A DNA stretch of 64,000 bases from Eledone cirrhosa (GCA_964016885.1 OZ024745.1:25916001-25980000); one strand, 5' to 3'; shown: positions 40,947 to 58,690, numbered from the stretch's first letter. Notes: generated by a model not told the origin, from the letters alone. Program-made: numbers and translations.

Positions 40947-40977
<31 letters not shown>

Positions 40978-41175
40978 GGGAGATAGATAGATAGAGATAG
41001 AGAGAGAGAGGGGGAGAGAGATAGAGAGAGAGAGATAGAGAAAAAGTGTGTGTGGGTACGCGTGTGTGTGTGCGCATATGTGTGTGAGTGTTTATGTGTG
41101 AGAGAGAGAGAGGGAGGGTGAGACCCAAGGGATATATGTATATGCATGTATATATATATATATATATGTATATGC

Positions 41176-41210
<35 letters not shown>

Positions 41211-41689
41211 CCTATACATACGCACCCATGCACACACACACACATATATATATATATATGTATATATTAATAAATGTCTGTATATAGATATAGGCAAACA
41301 TGCAATTCGTAGTAAGAGTAGCCATGACGGGATTGTAGTTGGTGTTTGAATGAGTCTTGGGGGACTGGTGGACCAGGCAACCAACGGTTCCGCCAATCAA
41401 AATAAATAAATAAATAAACAAAAAAAGCAAAAAAAAAAAGAAAAAGATAGATACAAAATAAAAACAGGTACCCCCCCCCCTCTAAAAAACAAAACAATCC
41501 GCAACACAAAGAAAAGAGGGTAGCATCTGATATAAGTCCGAAGACATGTCTTGTCTGTTTAGTTTGGTCAAGTCGCATGTCAATCGTTGAATGATAAAGA
41601 GAAAATCCTCTTCTTTTAACGAAGATGTGTCAGTCAGAATTGTGATAGAGCAGACGAGGTGAGAGATAGAAAAAGAGTGAACGATAGTG

Positions 41690-43097
<1,408 letters not shown>

Positions 43098-43413
43098 AGT
43101 TTAATGGTGTCTTATGTATTTATTTAGTTGTTAATAATGAACGTATCTTCAGAGATAATGCCCTAACATTGTTATGGCGTAGGGGATGTTTGACTACAAG
43201 ATATGAGCAGTAGTATCAGTAGTAGCTGTGGTGGGGGGAGTCAAAGGGGTGATCGTAGCTTCGTCATGCTTATCATTTAATTGTTCCTAAATAATACATA
43301 CATGTGATCACTGTGTTTATACATATGTATATATATATATATATATATAGTGTATTGTATTTACATATACGCTCTCATGTATTTATATTATTTTTCTTTT
43401 GACTCGTTCCAAT

Positions 43414-43458
<45 letters not shown>

Positions 43459-44570
43459 GTCATATATGTATATATATATACACACACATACTCACATATA
43501 TATATATACATATATTGTATCTATGCATATATTTATGTATATATTTTATATGTGTGTATATGGTGGCTGCCAACTCGTTTTCGAGTACGGCCACTACTTT
43601 ATATAATGTATATATATACATATGTATGTTTATATGTATGCATGAATGTATGTATGAATTTATACTTACACGTTTTTAAATACTTTAAATGACTTAAATA
43701 AAGGATCCGGTTTCTAAATAAGAAATAAGTCCTTCCCCTTTACTTCATAAAAGCCTCGTTCTAGATTTGATGAAGCTTTGCCACATATTTTGTCCTATTG
43801 TTTCGACTCGACCCAATTCTTTTGAGTGAAACCAGGTAGACGAAAACCACGCAGAAAGTCGGAAGGACAGCGGCCCGCTTGAAGAGGGAGCCACTTGAGG
43901 TGGGGTAGCTATTGCAGTAGGTGTCTCTGCCCATTCGCTGCGGCAATGCCTTCCCAATTTTGTCCATGGGACCTAGCTGAGGCCCCACTCAAACTGGGGT
44001 GTTGTGACTCACCCTCCTCCCTTTCTTTTGTTGCTTTTTCCTTTTTTGTTCCCTTTAATAGTGAGTTCTGTTTTTATTATGTTCTGCTCAATAACCTTCT
44101 TGGTGTAATTCTAGCTGTTATTGAATGGTAGGACTAATCCTTTGTCCAGTTCAACACTGTGAACGAGAGAAGTTTAACATAGACAACGGTAAAACGGATA
44201 GTCCCTTCTCTTCAGTCAACCTCTGGAAATCATTATAGTTAAGGTTCTTAATGTTGATACCAATCATTCCAGCGCACATTGGGACGCTACAAATCAGGTG
44301 GACACAGGATAAGTTGTGCATTTCGGCGAATTACACAGATAAAGACGAATATATAAAGAAAAAAATGTTAAGAAACCAATGTGCTTGAACTGAAAGGGAA
44401 GAGATGGAAACGCGATTTATGGTAGCTTAGCCAAAAAGAGAAAATATATGTATCGTGTCCTGCCTAAGCAATTTCTCTACAATTTTGTGCACTTATTCTA
44501 AAATTTTATATAATAATTCATTACGAAATTAGGAAACTAAAATGAACGAACCCATATTATAAGTATACAC

Positions 44571-44612
<42 letters not shown>

Positions 44613-46172
44613 ACTAAAGGAATACGAAAGTCTCACAGGAGCGAAGCTGAACCGGGACAAGTCCATCGGTTTGCAACTCGGATCGTGGAGAGGCAGACCG
44701 ATGCCTTCCGATGGCGTCGTCGGACGCAGGACGGAAGGACCGGTAAAGCTGCTCGGGGTCTGGTTTGGTCCGGACCTCCAGGTGGAAAAGAACTGGAACG
44801 AAGTGACGGCCAAGGTGTTTGCACTCACCCAGAAGTGGGCCGAGTGCAAACTATCCTTGAAAGGTCGAGCGGAGGTGGCGAACACTTTTATAGCGTCCGC
44901 CATCTACTACCGCTTGACCGTCGTGCCTTGTCCAGCCAAAACGCTCGCCAAAATGGAGCGCGCCCTCTTCCGATTCCTTTGGAAGAGGCGGGCTCCTTTG
45001 GTAAGAAGATCCATCTGCTGCCAACACCCTTCTAACGGAGGGCTGGGGATGCCGTGGTTGACGATGCGCAAACACGCGCTCAGGCTGCGGCATCTCTACG
45101 TATTCCTCACCGGACAACCGGTGTGGGCCCCGTTCGTGAGGCGAGCCTTCCCACGACTCGTCTCACTGACCGAGCTGCAGTCCTGGGTCAAGCAGAGACC
45201 GAGGAAAATGGGCGACTGGCACATCGAATGTGCTCAGGCGCTCACAGCCCTCTGGCAGGCGGACCCGGCGATCAGTGGAGACTCCACTTCGTCATTCTAT
45301 AGAGGGTTGGTCCGCAGCAAGTGCGACGACGCGCTCGGTGAAACTCTAGGCGTGGAGGAAGATGAACTGGCCAGTCTGTTCGGTAGGACCTTCCGCCCGG
45401 GACCGATGGACAACTTCCAAAAGTCCCTGGCCTGGCAGTGCTACCGAGGAGCTCTACCAGTTCGAGACAAGCTCTACAGACATGGGCGCCCGGGCAGGGA
45501 CCCTGCAAAAAAGATCTGTCCGAGGTGCGTGCGAGACGAAGAAACCGTCGCGCACGCATTCATACACTGCCCGGGCGTCACTGACCTGTGGGGATATGTA
45601 GAACGACTATTGTCGCGGGTGGGACCAATCCAGTTGACCACCGAGTCCATTGTCATGATCAAACCGCCACCCTCCTTCAAAAACGAAGGAGAGGCGGTTT
45701 TCCTTTGTGTGATAGCTATGGCGAAAGAGGTTGTATGGTGGACAAGGTTGAAAGGGCTGAGGTCAGACACCTTTCTCTCCGGCCAACAACTGATTCTTTT
45801 TTTCAAATACCACTTTGGAAGAAGAATCAGGATGGAGAGAGAGGTGCTGTACCCCAGCAAGTTTTATGAAAGGTGGGTGAAAGTGGCGAGAATGGCCCGA
45901 GTGAATGGGCCTTCTCTCTATATCAGCCTGTAGATTGAGGAAAAGGAGGAGAAGAGGAAAGGAGTACAAGCTCTTCGTACTCCTGGAGATGAGGGTTGCA
46001 CATTTTTTTTCGGGGGTATGTGTTACCCATATAAACTGTCTCCCTCTATTGGGGAAAATCGACTAACTTTTAAATTCCATCTGTGATAACATTTTACACG
46101 TTTTTATTGTATGTAAACTTCCCCCTTTGTATTTGTCCCCTTCTTTTGTGCCCCTGTGGCTAATAAAGAAAT
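44613..46172 (+). mobile_element. 5'-truncated Tx1/L1-clade LINE (RT C-terminus, zinc knuckle, 3'UTR)
   Basis: ORF to 45933: KLLGVWF, LSLKGRAEVAN, GGLGMP, CPRC..EETVAHAFIHC; starts right after (CTAT)n and ends AATAAAGAAA-TATCTATC. Confidence 0.92.
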
Positions 46173-46185
46173 ATATCTATCTATC

Positions 46186-49100
46186 ACACAAATTAGTGAC
46201 CTGCATGGTCAACCTTGACAGAACTCATAGACAGGGCCCCGGTTACTGGAAGCTCAACTTGTCCTTGCCGGCAAGTAGAGCCTACAGGAATCGGATTAGT
46301 ACGTTAGTTAAGGAACGGTTGACTGGAGCGATCGTCAACAGCAGGTGGTGGGTATCTCTAAAGAGAGAGATTAGAGTAGTCTCGATAGAATTTAGTAAGG
46401 TTTTAGCTGCGGATAGGAATAGGAAGGAAAGGGAGCTAATAGATAGAGTAGAAGAGGCAATTAGAAGCGGCGACGTGGCCAGAGTGCTAGCGTCGAGAAC
46501 GGCTTTGAGCCAGTTTTTCGACGCGAAGCACGAAGGCTGCGTTGTCCGAAGTAAAATACGTGCTCTAGGGAACGAGGGGACCAAAGCTGTTAGCTGGGCC
46601 CGCGTGACAGAGGCCAACAGTGGAACTAAATCCACCATCCGGTCTTTGCGAGACCTGGATGGACGGGCGATTCTTGAGCCTAAGCAGATGTGTGAGGCCT
46701 TTCAAAGGCACTTTGCCCGACTGTTCGGGAGGGGCGGGGAGCCGGTTGGGAACGTGGACTTCGGTCCATACCTCGACGGCCTGCCGCGCCTCTCGGACAG
46801 GGAGGCGAAGTCCTGCGAGGAGCCGATTTCGGCCGCTGAGATAGAGGACGTGCTGAGCCAATGCGGCAAACGCAAATCCCCGGGTCTCGATGGTCTTCCT
46901 TACGAATTATATCTAGCTATGCCGGACTTGTTCCCCGATCTCCTCGAGGCGGTCTACTGCAACTGGCAACAGAACGGGAGAATTCCCTGTACTGTGACCA
47001 AGGGCGTAGTCACGCTAGTGAGGAAGGACGAGAACAAGGGGGACGAAATAAGTAACTTCAGGCCCATAACTCTGCTAAATACAGAGTTACAGATTTTGGC
47101 CAAGGTGCTAGCAAAGAGGTTGGCGCTTGTCGTGGGCAACCTGGTGGGAGGTGCGCAGACATGCGCTATCCCGTCCAGGTCCATCCATGACAACCTCCAC
47201 CTCATGCGATACATCATAGAGAGGGTTGGGAACGAACCCGGCTTTGGTGGGGCTCTGATCAACTTGGATCAATCTAAGGCGTTCGATAGGGTCGACCATG
47301 GTTACCTGGATGCGGTGCTAGCGGCGGCAGGCTTCGGACCCGTTTTCAGGGGCTGAATCACTGCTATGCACAGCAGCCGCATCTGCTCTAGGGTCAAGGT
47401 GAACGGCTACCTCTCGGAGCCGTTCAAAATCGCGCGGTCCATCCGACAAGGGTGCCCTCTCTCCTCCCTTCTGTATGTGTTGACTCTCGAGCCACTACTG
47501 CGGAAGTTGGAGTTGTTGCAGGGCATCCCTTTGGAACCGGGATTGCGGAAAGCGGTGTCGGCCTACGCCGATAACGTGACAGTAATGGTGTCGACGGCCT
47601 CCGAAATCGAGGCGGTCGGCACCTTACTGGAGGAGTATGAAAAGTTCACAGGGGCTAAGCTGAACCGGGACAAGTCGATCGGTTTGCAACTCGGCACGTG
47701 GAGGGGCAGACCCATGCCCTCCGATGGCGTCGTCGGACGCTGGACGGAGGGTCCGGTGAAGTTGCTCGGGGTCTGGTTCGGACCGGACCTCCAGGTGGAG
47801 AAAAACTGGGCGGAGGTTACGAACAGGGTGTTTGCACTGACCCAGAAGTGGGCCAGTTGCAAACTATCCCTGAAAGGTCGGGCGGAGGTGGCAAACACCT
47901 ACATAGCGTCCGTCATCTACTACCGCCTGACCGTAGTGCCCTGCCCAAGGGAAACCCTCACCAAGATGGAGCGCGCGCTCTTCCAATTCCTTTGGAAGAG
48001 GCGGGCTCCTATGGTGAGGAGATCCATCTGCTGTTAACACCCTTCGAAAGGAGGGCTGGGGATGCCGTGGCTAATGATGCGTAAACACGCATTAAGGCTA
48101 CGGCACCTCTACGTATTCCTCACCGGACAACCGGTGTGGGCCTCGTTTGTGAGACGAACCTTTCCCAGACTCGTCTCACTCACCGAGCTGCAATCCTGGG
48201 TCAAGCAAAGACCGAGAAAACTGGGCGCCTGGCACATTGAGTATGCCCAGGCGCTCACCGCCCTCTGGCAGGCGGATCCGGTTATCAGTGGAGACTCCAC
48301 CGCAACATTCTATAGAGGGCTGGTACGCAGTAGGTGCGACGACGCCCTCGGAGAAGCCCTAGACATGGAGGAGGACGAACTGGCCAGCCTGTTCGGTAGG
48401 ACATTCAGCCCGGGACCTATGGACAACTTCCAGAAGTCCCTGGCCTGGCAGTGCTACCGAGGGGCTTTACCCGTTCGAGAAAGGCTCTACAGACACGGGC
48501 GCCCGGGTAGGGACCCCGCCAAAAAGATCTGTCCCAGATGCGTGTGCGACGAGGAAACCGTTGCACACGCATTGGTACTCTGCTCGGGCGTAGCCGATCT
48601 GTGGGGCTATGTCGAACAACTGCTGTCAAGGGTGGGACCGATCCGCTTGACCACCGAGTCTATTGTAATGATCAAGCCGCCTCCCCCCTTCAAAGATGAA
48701 GCAGAGGCGGTGTTTCTGTGCGTAATAGCCATGGCGAAAGAGGTTGTATGGTGGACGCGTCTGAAAGGACTGAGGTCAGGCACCTTTCTCTCTGGCCAAC
48801 AACTGGTCCGTTTCTTCCGATATCATTTCGGAAGAAGGATCAGGATGGAGAGAGAGGTGCTGCACCCCAGCCGTTTCTATGAAAGATGGGTGAAAGTGGC
48901 GAGAATGGCCCGTGTGAATGGCCCTTCACTCTACATCAGACTATAGGTGAGGAAGATGAAAGACCAAGGGAGCACCCCTTCTCTGTGCTCCTGAGGAGAA
49001 GGGTTGCACACTTTTTTCGGGGGTGTGTGCGACCCCCCAAGGCGCCTCCTCTCTATTGAGGATTTTGTTATAAATTTTATTTTTTGTTATATCTTATTTT

Positions 49101-49210
49101 ATTTTTATATTTTGTTATTGCCTCCTCCTTATTGAGGACGCCTTTTTGTGTAAACTCCCCCCTTTGTACTTGTCCCACTTTTGATGCCCTAGTGGCAAAT
49201 AAAAGAAACA
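46186..49210 (+). mobile_element. Second Tx1/L1-clade LINE, 5'-truncated at the end of APE, pseudogenised
   Basis: [55 protein letters not shown]; in-frame stops at 47354 and 48035; ends in (TATC)n. Confidence 0.93.
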
Positions 49211-50239
49211 TATCTATCTATCTATCTATCTATCTATATATATCTCTCTATCAATATAACTAGTAAGCTATTTAACTATTTATCTAGTCAATTTCTAACT
49301 CCTTCTCCTTGTATATATAGACCCAGAGAGAAAAGAATGTAAACCCATGACTTCTGTTATCTTGATAGCTATTAACATTTGCGTAACCCTATATTTTAGC
49401 TTTATATTTTATTTTTGTCCGTACACGTATATAAGATTCGTGGTTGGGGGCCTGAAATCCATATACAGTCAACACAACGACGATGACGAGCTCAACAACT
49501 GCAAAAACAGTAATACTAACAACGAAATAAGAGAATTTAGTCGAAAGCCAAAAGACTTTTTAAATGCTGAGTTTCAAGACTATTTTTATTTCTATAATCT
49601 CATGACAAGAAAAACCGTTTAAATGCTACGAAACTCCGCTTTGGATGTTGATGTTATTGTATACAGTTTCTTCATTCGAAGAAATCATGACCCGGTCCCA
49701 ATATAATGAACCTTCAAGTTCAGGTTTTAGTATCAGGGGTTAATTACTGGTTTGAGGGATGAAACTGAGCCTGTTCGGAAAATGTTTAAATCAGATAAAA
49801 CAAACGTATATACTGATGTACATGGTTGTTTAGTATTAAGTTTTTTCCAGTTAGATGTTGATCTACGACTGAAAATAAACCCACCACGCGTGCGCACACA
49901 CATACACACATTTATATATAGAAGATTCTATATTTATACGTGAAAAGAGCCTGAATACTTTATACATATAATAAAGTTAAATCTTCATTAGGGATAGTAA
50001 CTTCAAAGTTATGCTTCGTGACAGCAAGTTTCTTGTTATGGAACATTTTCCGAAGAATTAGTAATCAAATAAAGACAATTCAAGTTGTTTATAAAAATTG
50101 ATTAGCAATGTTGATCAAAACTTCCGATCACGTATGAGTGAGTTGAATTATGGTAAGGATCACAACACATTACTTATAAATTATAAGTAGTTTGAAACTA
50201 ACGAATGTACTTGAAGGATATATGGTACAATGAGTTGTA

Positions 50240-50470
50240 GACATAAATGGGCTGACCACGTCTCTCGTTTCGGAACCAATAGGTGAATTATTAGAGTGAC
50301 AGAGTGATCAACAAGGCAGTGACGAAAAACCAGAAGGAAGCCAAAGGTCAGATGGCATGACGATCTGACCCGACACTTCGGTCCTCACGTGGTCCAATAT
50401 GGTCAAAGATAGGAAGCAATGGAGGTCAATCAAGGAGGGGTTTTTCCAACAAGAGTGAGAAGGTCCTTGA
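50240..50470 (+). mobile_element. Degenerate RTE 3' fragment
   Basis: Translates (with stops and frameshifts) to KWADHVSR..NR*IIRVTE*..KPKVRWHDDL..DRKQWRS. Confidence 0.7.
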
Positions 50471-50974
50471 TTCTGGATTTTTGGAGTTTTAAAACTAGTT
50501 TTTTATGCTTAGTCTGGGGTGAACTATTTCCCTTAAGTTACTTTTAAGAAATCAATTTGATAGAGCGAGGTCGTCATGGCATCAAAATTGCTACATATGG
50601 CAAACTGATGACATATACTCTAACACTTCTTTAAGAATATAAAAATAAAACCCCGCAAACAGTGACATAAGTGTTTTAGGAGATTTAACCATCTTCAGTG
50701 AGGCTTATTCACTCAGTACTGAGGCAAAGTAAACTATAGCTTATATAGATTTTGCAGATAGTACATCTAAGGGGATGCTCATTTGCATACAGTGCGAGTT
50801 AATTAAAAGTAACACTATAATAGAGATGTATATGAAAGTATATACAAAATAATAAAAACAAATGCAAAACTCCTGAATTACTTTTCCTAACATGGCTACA
50901 AAGTTAGTTGTGATATGACTACAGCTTTAAATATTATAGCCAGAGTTACTTACATCATTATTTATAAACATAAG

Positions 50975-51175
50975 ACGCTGGATTGACAGAATCAGTAGAG
51001 CGTCAGACACGATGTTTTGTAGCATAGCGTTACTGCCGTTTACGGTCTGGGTTTAGCTTTACTTTTCGTCCTCACAGGGTCGATAAGATAAAGCATCAGT
51101 AATGCACTGGGGTCGATTTAATCACCTTTCTCACCCCTCTAAAATTGTTGGGCTTGTATCTAAATCAGAAACCAC
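50975..51175 (+). mobile_element. SINE family B (diverged)
   Basis: GGATTGACAGAATCAGTAGAGCGTCAGAC...GGGTCGATAAGATAAAGCATCAGTAATGCACTGGGGTCGAT. Confidence 0.75.
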
Positions 51176-51446
51176 TATGTATGAACATGTTTATGCTTTT
51201 ATATACACCATATGCACCTCTGTAAGAAATCGGTTGTCTTCAGACCTGGAGAGAAATGGACTCTGCCAGGTTTAGACAAGCAGACGTATATCACAACGAC
51301 GCTCATGCAACCCCACTAGTCTTCAGAGGTCACACACATATATATATATACACACTCACACATATATAAACTTTTTCATTATACATACATATACATATAT
51401 ATGCGCACATATATATATATATAATATAATATATATATATATATTT

Positions 51447-51831
51447 TCCATGATATTAAATAAATGGAAACTATATTTATAAAACCATATTTATTTTATT
51501 ATATATATTTCAAGGGCAACCAAGCCAGCCTTAGTGCGCTTTCATCAGATAAAATACAAAATTTCTTTTATAAATAAAGACGTACCCATGAAGATTCAAC
51601 CTTATCGGTCGGACATTCACTGGATAGTGGAAAACATATTTATCTGATGAAAGCGCACCAAGGTTGGCTTGGTTGCCCTTGAAATATATATAATAAAATA
51701 AATATAGTATTATAAAAATAGTTTCCATTTATTTAACATCATGGAATATTTACTCCAGTATCTGTATAGTGCTCTAAATCAGTTATAAACATTTACGTTT
51801 GTCGGAATTCCAACAAATTAAATACAACTTC

Positions 51832-51835
<4 letters not shown>
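51447..51835 (+). mobile_element. Fold-back PLE-type element family H1, with HHRs at 51492-51556 (-) and 51639-51700 (+)
   Basis: CTGATGA 51644, GAAA 51681, TATATA-TA-ATAAAATA; inverted arms; (TA)n flanks. Confidence 0.85.
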
Positions 51836-51905
<70 letters not shown>

Positions 51906-52069
51906 AAAAAAAGAGAAAAGAATGACTTCACTTGTAGTGTTAAATGATTTGATTTAATTTTATAATATTATAATATTATGAGTTGGTAGATCTAGTAAGT
52001 TCTTTAACTTCGATGGGAAGAATTTTAAACATTCCTGGTTAACTTTGGTTGGAGAACTTTCTCGCATTC

Positions 52070-52445
52070 GTCTGGTGGATGGGTGCTACACGAGAATGCT
52101 GAGGATGGCTCTGAACATTAATCAGTATACACTGAGGATGAAAAACTCAGAGCTGTATGGGAGCATCCCAAAAGTCAGCTCAAAAGTGACACAGAGGAGA
52201 CTGAGGTTAGCTGGACATGCTCACCGACATCCAGAGTTGACATTGCACTCAGTACTCCTTTGGGAGCCCCTACATGGACACACTAGAAGAGGAAGACCAA
52301 GGTTAACGTATGTTGATGCCCTAAGGACAGACACTGGTCTGTTGGAGATGCAGGACATGGCAGCGATAATGAGGGACAGAGACCGCTGGAGAGAACTCGT
52401 CCATGGATCTCGGGAATTTTACCCGCCTTAGATAGATAGATATAT
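52070..52445 (+). mobile_element. 5'-truncated RTE-group LINE 3' end with (TAGA)n tail
   Basis: DGCYTRMLRMALNI..NSELYG..RRLRLAGH..LLWEP..RRGRPRLTYVD..DRDRWR. Confidence 0.85.
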
Positions 52446-52446
52446 A

Positions 52447-52674
52447 TAGGAAAATGTATGACCCCGACGGCAGAGCTCAAGCCGTATCGTCGGCTATTTC
52501 TGGACGGCTATTTCTGGACGGCTATTTCTGGACGCGTCCAGAAATAGCCGTCGAAACGGCTTGAGCTCTGCCGTCGGGGTCATACATTTTCCTATTACCC
52601 ACTCTACTACCCAAAGTATTGAGTACTCTGGTGCGTTATGGTCCATCTGGTTCCTTACCACAACTCCTTCGTTA
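52447..52674 (+). mobile_element. Fold-back element family H2 (half-hammerhead palindrome), copy 1
   Basis: Palindrome 52447-52594 with GAAA-CGGC..GCCG-TC-GGGGTC; inverted homologue at 56101-56295. Confidence 0.7.
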
Positions 52675-53272
52675 TATATATATATATATATATATGGAGG
52701 GGGCGGGACTCAGCATGATCGAATCGTTAATAACATCGCGTCCCATTCAAATAATCCCAAGTCCTTCATCATAACCTCATGACTTGTGAAGTGAAATTCT
52801 ACAGAAGGAAACCCAATCTTACCCGTTGGAAGAAATTAAACCTGTACTTCAAAGGGGTAGCCTTGTCACATATTGTTACACAGCGAATGTCCCTACACAC
52901 ACACACACTGACACACACTGACACACACTGACACACACTGACACACACTGACACACACTTACACGCACTGACACACACACACACACTTACACACACTGCC
53001 ACACACGCACACTTACACACGTACGTAAATATGTAAATATATCTGTACGTGAACCTGAGTCGAAGCTCAATAAAGAATGTTCCTCCCACATATGTCATCA
53101 TATCTCCAAAATCATCAGCAACGACAACTTATGCCACATCTCATAACCAAACACGCTGAGACATTAAATACCTCGTGTCCCCGTCACATTATATGTATAT
53201 GTGTGTGTATATACATATGTATATATATATATATGTATATGTGTGTGTGTATATACAATATATGTATATGTT

Positions 53273-53306
<34 letters not shown>

Positions 53307-53321
53307 GTATATGTGTGTGTG

Positions 53322-53364
<43 letters not shown>

Positions 53365-53415
53365 GTATATGTGTGTGTATATACATATATATATATATAT
53401 GTATATGTGTGTGTG

Positions 53416-53456
<41 letters not shown>

Positions 53457-53469
53457 GTATATGTGTGTG

Positions 53470-53594
<125 letters not shown>

Positions 53595-53657
53595 ATATAC
53601 ATATATATATATCAATATATGTATATATATATTTCTCTCTCTCTCTTTTTATATATA

Positions 53658-53757
<100 letters not shown>

Positions 53758-54094
53758 TATGTACACGTACATACATATATGTATACAGACGTACAGTAGT
53801 ATGTATATATATACATGCACACATATATATATATGTACATATGGATTCACCGAACATTTATTATAATGCTTGGTGTGTTTGTAAACAAACATCCCGCATT
53901 AAGCCGCAGTGTCCAGCAACCATCGTTGCTCGTTTGTTCAACACTGACAAAGGAACGCTGTACTAGTTTCAAGCTTATTAGCTAACGTCAGCAACGTATA
54001 CCTTCCAGCCAGATTGTTGAACGTATATACTTACCTTATGCATATTAAGGGCTGAGTAGCCCAATTTGCATATCGAGTGGGTTAATCGGCCGGG

Positions 54095-54601
54095 TGACTT
54101 GAAAACTCTGGTACAAACACTACACCTGTGACAATTATTGACACATAGTGCTGGGCCCATGGTACCATGTGATGACAAGTGCAGAGAGATCTCCAGATAT
54201 AAAGCAATGCCTGTGCCGTGAAGCTTTTATAGTGAGCAAAGTCACTGCACAAAGCCAGTCCCACTCTCTTCACCAAGATGATATTTACCAAAAAGAAGAA
54301 CAACTCAACATCATTGGATACCATCAGGGTTGCAGGTGTTATATCAGAGTTTTCCTTCTCCTAGAATTCTGCCTTGATAAAGGCTAAGGGGTCATATCTC
54401 CCGGTGATTTTGGGTGGCCATTGACTCTTAAGAGCTCCTTTGCCCTTTGACAGGTTTTGTTTTTAGTCCTGCAGGATGTCCAAAGTCACCCTCCTCACCA
54501 AGAAACCTTGGTGGGGTTGCCAGTTTAGTCGCCAACGACCCGACCATGAGACAGGTTGTACTGGGATACATGTTACCAGTAGTACCAACTGGTGACCTGA
54601 C
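54095..54601 (-). mobile_element. Second copy of the RTE-5'UTR-like element
   Basis: Reverse complement of 20401-20903 with few substitutions. Confidence 0.75.
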
Positions 54602-54602
54602 A

Positions 54603-54670
<68 letters not shown>

Positions 54671-54711
54671 CAAATATATATATACTTATATATATATATA
54701 TATATTTATAA

Positions 54712-54746
<35 letters not shown>

Positions 54747-54767
54747 TATATATATTTATATATACAA

Positions 54768-54810
<43 letters not shown>

Positions 54811-54838
54811 TAAATAAATATATATATATATATATATA

Positions 54839-54960
54839 TGAAGGCGTGTGGCTGAGTGGTTAGAGAATTGGATTCGCAATCGTAAGGTTGTGAGTTCGAT
54901 TTCTGGACCAGGCGATGCGTTATGTACTTGGGCAAGACACTTTATTTCACGTTGCTCCTT
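54839..54960 (+). mobile_element. SINE family A, 5' part
   Basis: TGAAGGCGTGTGGCTGAGTGG...GAGTTCGATTTC...TTGGGCAAGACACTTTATTTCACG. Confidence 0.85.
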
Positions 54961-55063
54961 CTACCTGGAGTTGCGACCGATAGATAGTATTAGCAATTGG
55001 AAAGACCAACGGAAACATTGTTCACTCGGTCCGATTTGACGAAAGTCGATCGTTTTTTCTTTT

Positions 55064-55097
<34 letters not shown>

Positions 55098-55547
55098 TGT
55101 ATGTGTCCGTGTGTATATTGGTAGAACATAGAATAAAGAAGCAGACTACTTAAAGAATATCAGAAGTAATCTGACTACCGTTTAGAGACATTTTCGCACG
55201 CTCACTCATCACATTCTCTCTCTCTCTCTCTCTCTCTACCACGCACACACGCAAACGGACACACATACACACAAACCAACACACACACACACACAAACGG
55301 ACACACACAAACCAACACACACATACACAAACGGACACACACACACGCGCAGCCCAATAGTTAGAAAGAGAAAGACACAGAGCTGAAGATAGAGAAGGAG
55401 AGACATAGATAAAGAGAGAGGAGAGAAAGAGAGAAAAAGAGAGCAATATATATATCTATATATATATGTATATATATATATATATGAATATATATACATG
55501 TATATATATATATATGTATATATATATGTATATATATATATATATAT

Positions 55548-55657
<110 letters not shown>

Positions 55658-55677
55658 GTCTTTATATATATATATAT

Positions 55678-56061
55678 ATACAATATATTAATAAATGGAA
55701 ACTATATTTATAAAACCATAATTATTTTATTATATATATTTCAAGTGCAACCAAGGTAAATTATGGTGCGCTTTCATCAGATAAAATACAGATTTGTTTT
55801 ATAAATAAATATTGACATACCCGGAAAAAAGACAACCTCAACAGTTGAAATTCGCTGGATATTTTATCTGATGAAAGCGCACCATAATTTACCTTGGTTG
55901 CCCTTGAAATATATATAATAAAATAATTATGGTTTTATAAATATAGTTTCCATTTATTAATATATTGTATGTTTACTCCACTAACTTGTTGAGTGCTTTA
56001 TATCAGTTATAAACATTTTTAAGCTTGTTGAATCCCAACAAATTAAATATAACCTCTGCAT

Positions 56062-56062
<1 letters not shown>
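55678..56062 (+). mobile_element. Fold-back PLE-type element family H1, with HHRs at 55723-55788 (-) and 55860-55925 (+)
   Basis: TATTTTAT-CTGATGA(55868)-AAGCGCACCA..TGGTTGCCCTT-GAAA(55906)-TATATA-TA|ATAAAATA; perfect 8-bp stem I. Confidence 0.88.
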
Positions 56063-56100
<38 letters not shown>

Positions 56101-56103
<3 letters not shown>

Positions 56104-56291
56104 CGAAGGAGGTGTGGTAAGGAACCAGATGGACCGTAACGCACCAGAGTACTCAATACTTAGAGTAGTAGAGTGGGTAATAGGAAAATGTATGACCCCG
56201 ACGGCTGAGCTCAAGCCGTTTCGACGGCTATATCTGGACCAGGAATACCCGTCGAAACTGCTTGATCTCAGCCGTCGGGGTCATACATTTA

Positions 56292-56295
<4 letters not shown>
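56101..56295 (-). mobile_element. Fold-back element family H2, copy 2, in (TA)n
   Basis: Palindrome ~56182-56295 centred on TCTGGACCAGGA. Confidence 0.7.
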
Positions 56296-56385
<90 letters not shown>

Positions 56386-56864
56386 GAGAGAGAGAAAGGG
56401 AGGGAGAGAGAGAGAAAAAGAGAGAGGGAGAAAGTGAGAGAGATATATGAGATGAGTGTAAGAGATAGGGGGATGAGGGATCAGTGAAAACTTCCCTAAG
56501 AAGGATCGACTGAACACGTGTGCTTCATCAGACACAAATGGGACGATCTGCCGTTTCAACTGATATAACCCGTTGATTTTCTTGTGGCTATTGCTTTTGT
56601 TTTGGTTGTTGTTGCCTCTGTTATTGCTCTAATGTCGGTGTTGTTGTTGTCGTCTTCCTCGTTGCTTATTTTGTTATTGTTAATGTTGTGGTGGGCGTAG
56701 TCATCGTTGTCAGTCAATGACAGCTAAATAATTTATGTTTTACCGATGTTGTTTAAATTGGTGTTTTTATTTGTTTTGTTTTCGTGTTACATGCCTCTTA
56801 ATTCTTCATCCAATCATTAATTGTTATTCCTTTGACAACATAGTTTTTCTTGAAACTATCACTA

Positions 56865-58040
<1,176 letters not shown>

Positions 58041-58322
58041 GTAAAAGGTAAACAGAAATAACAACACAATCGGTACAATATATGGAAGGAATATATTAGG
58101 TTAACGCTTGATATAGCAGGAAGAGGGTCTTAACGTTTCGGACACTAATCATTCATCAGAAGAAAGAATGAAAAATAAAAATAACAGGCCCATTCATGTT
58201 GACATCTCTTGGAAAACTGTTGGTACTGGCGTTTTGTGTATGATTTGTGTTTTCGAAAAGTTATATATATACAAAGTTATATATATACTTATATATATAT
58301 ATATATACACACGCACATACGC

Positions 58323-58407
<85 letters not shown>

Positions 58408-58409
58408 CG

Positions 58410-58473
<64 letters not shown>

Positions 58474-58477
<4 letters not shown>

Positions 58478-58690
58478 GGCGCATGGCTTAGTGGTTAGAG
58501 CGTCGGGCTTACAATCGTGAGGTTCATTTCACGTAGCTCCAGTTTACTCTACTGTAGAAATAAATGAGTTGCGACGTCACTGGTGTCAAGCTGTATCGGT
58601 CATTGCCTTTCCCTTGGACAACAGCTATGGCATAGAGAGAGGAGACAGGTATGAACGGGTGACTGCTGGTCTTCTACAAACAACCTATTT
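58474..58690 (+). mobile_element. SINE family A with an internal deletion
   Basis: TGAAGGCGCATGGCTTAGTGGTTAGAGCGTCGGGC..; the B-box/CORE segment is missing. Confidence 0.8.

Noticed and set aside
58124-58166. Minus-strand TCTT-CTGATGA..GAAACGTTAAGA hammerhead
   Set aside because: Stem II does not pair convincingly; probably a decayed PLE motif, so not called as a feature
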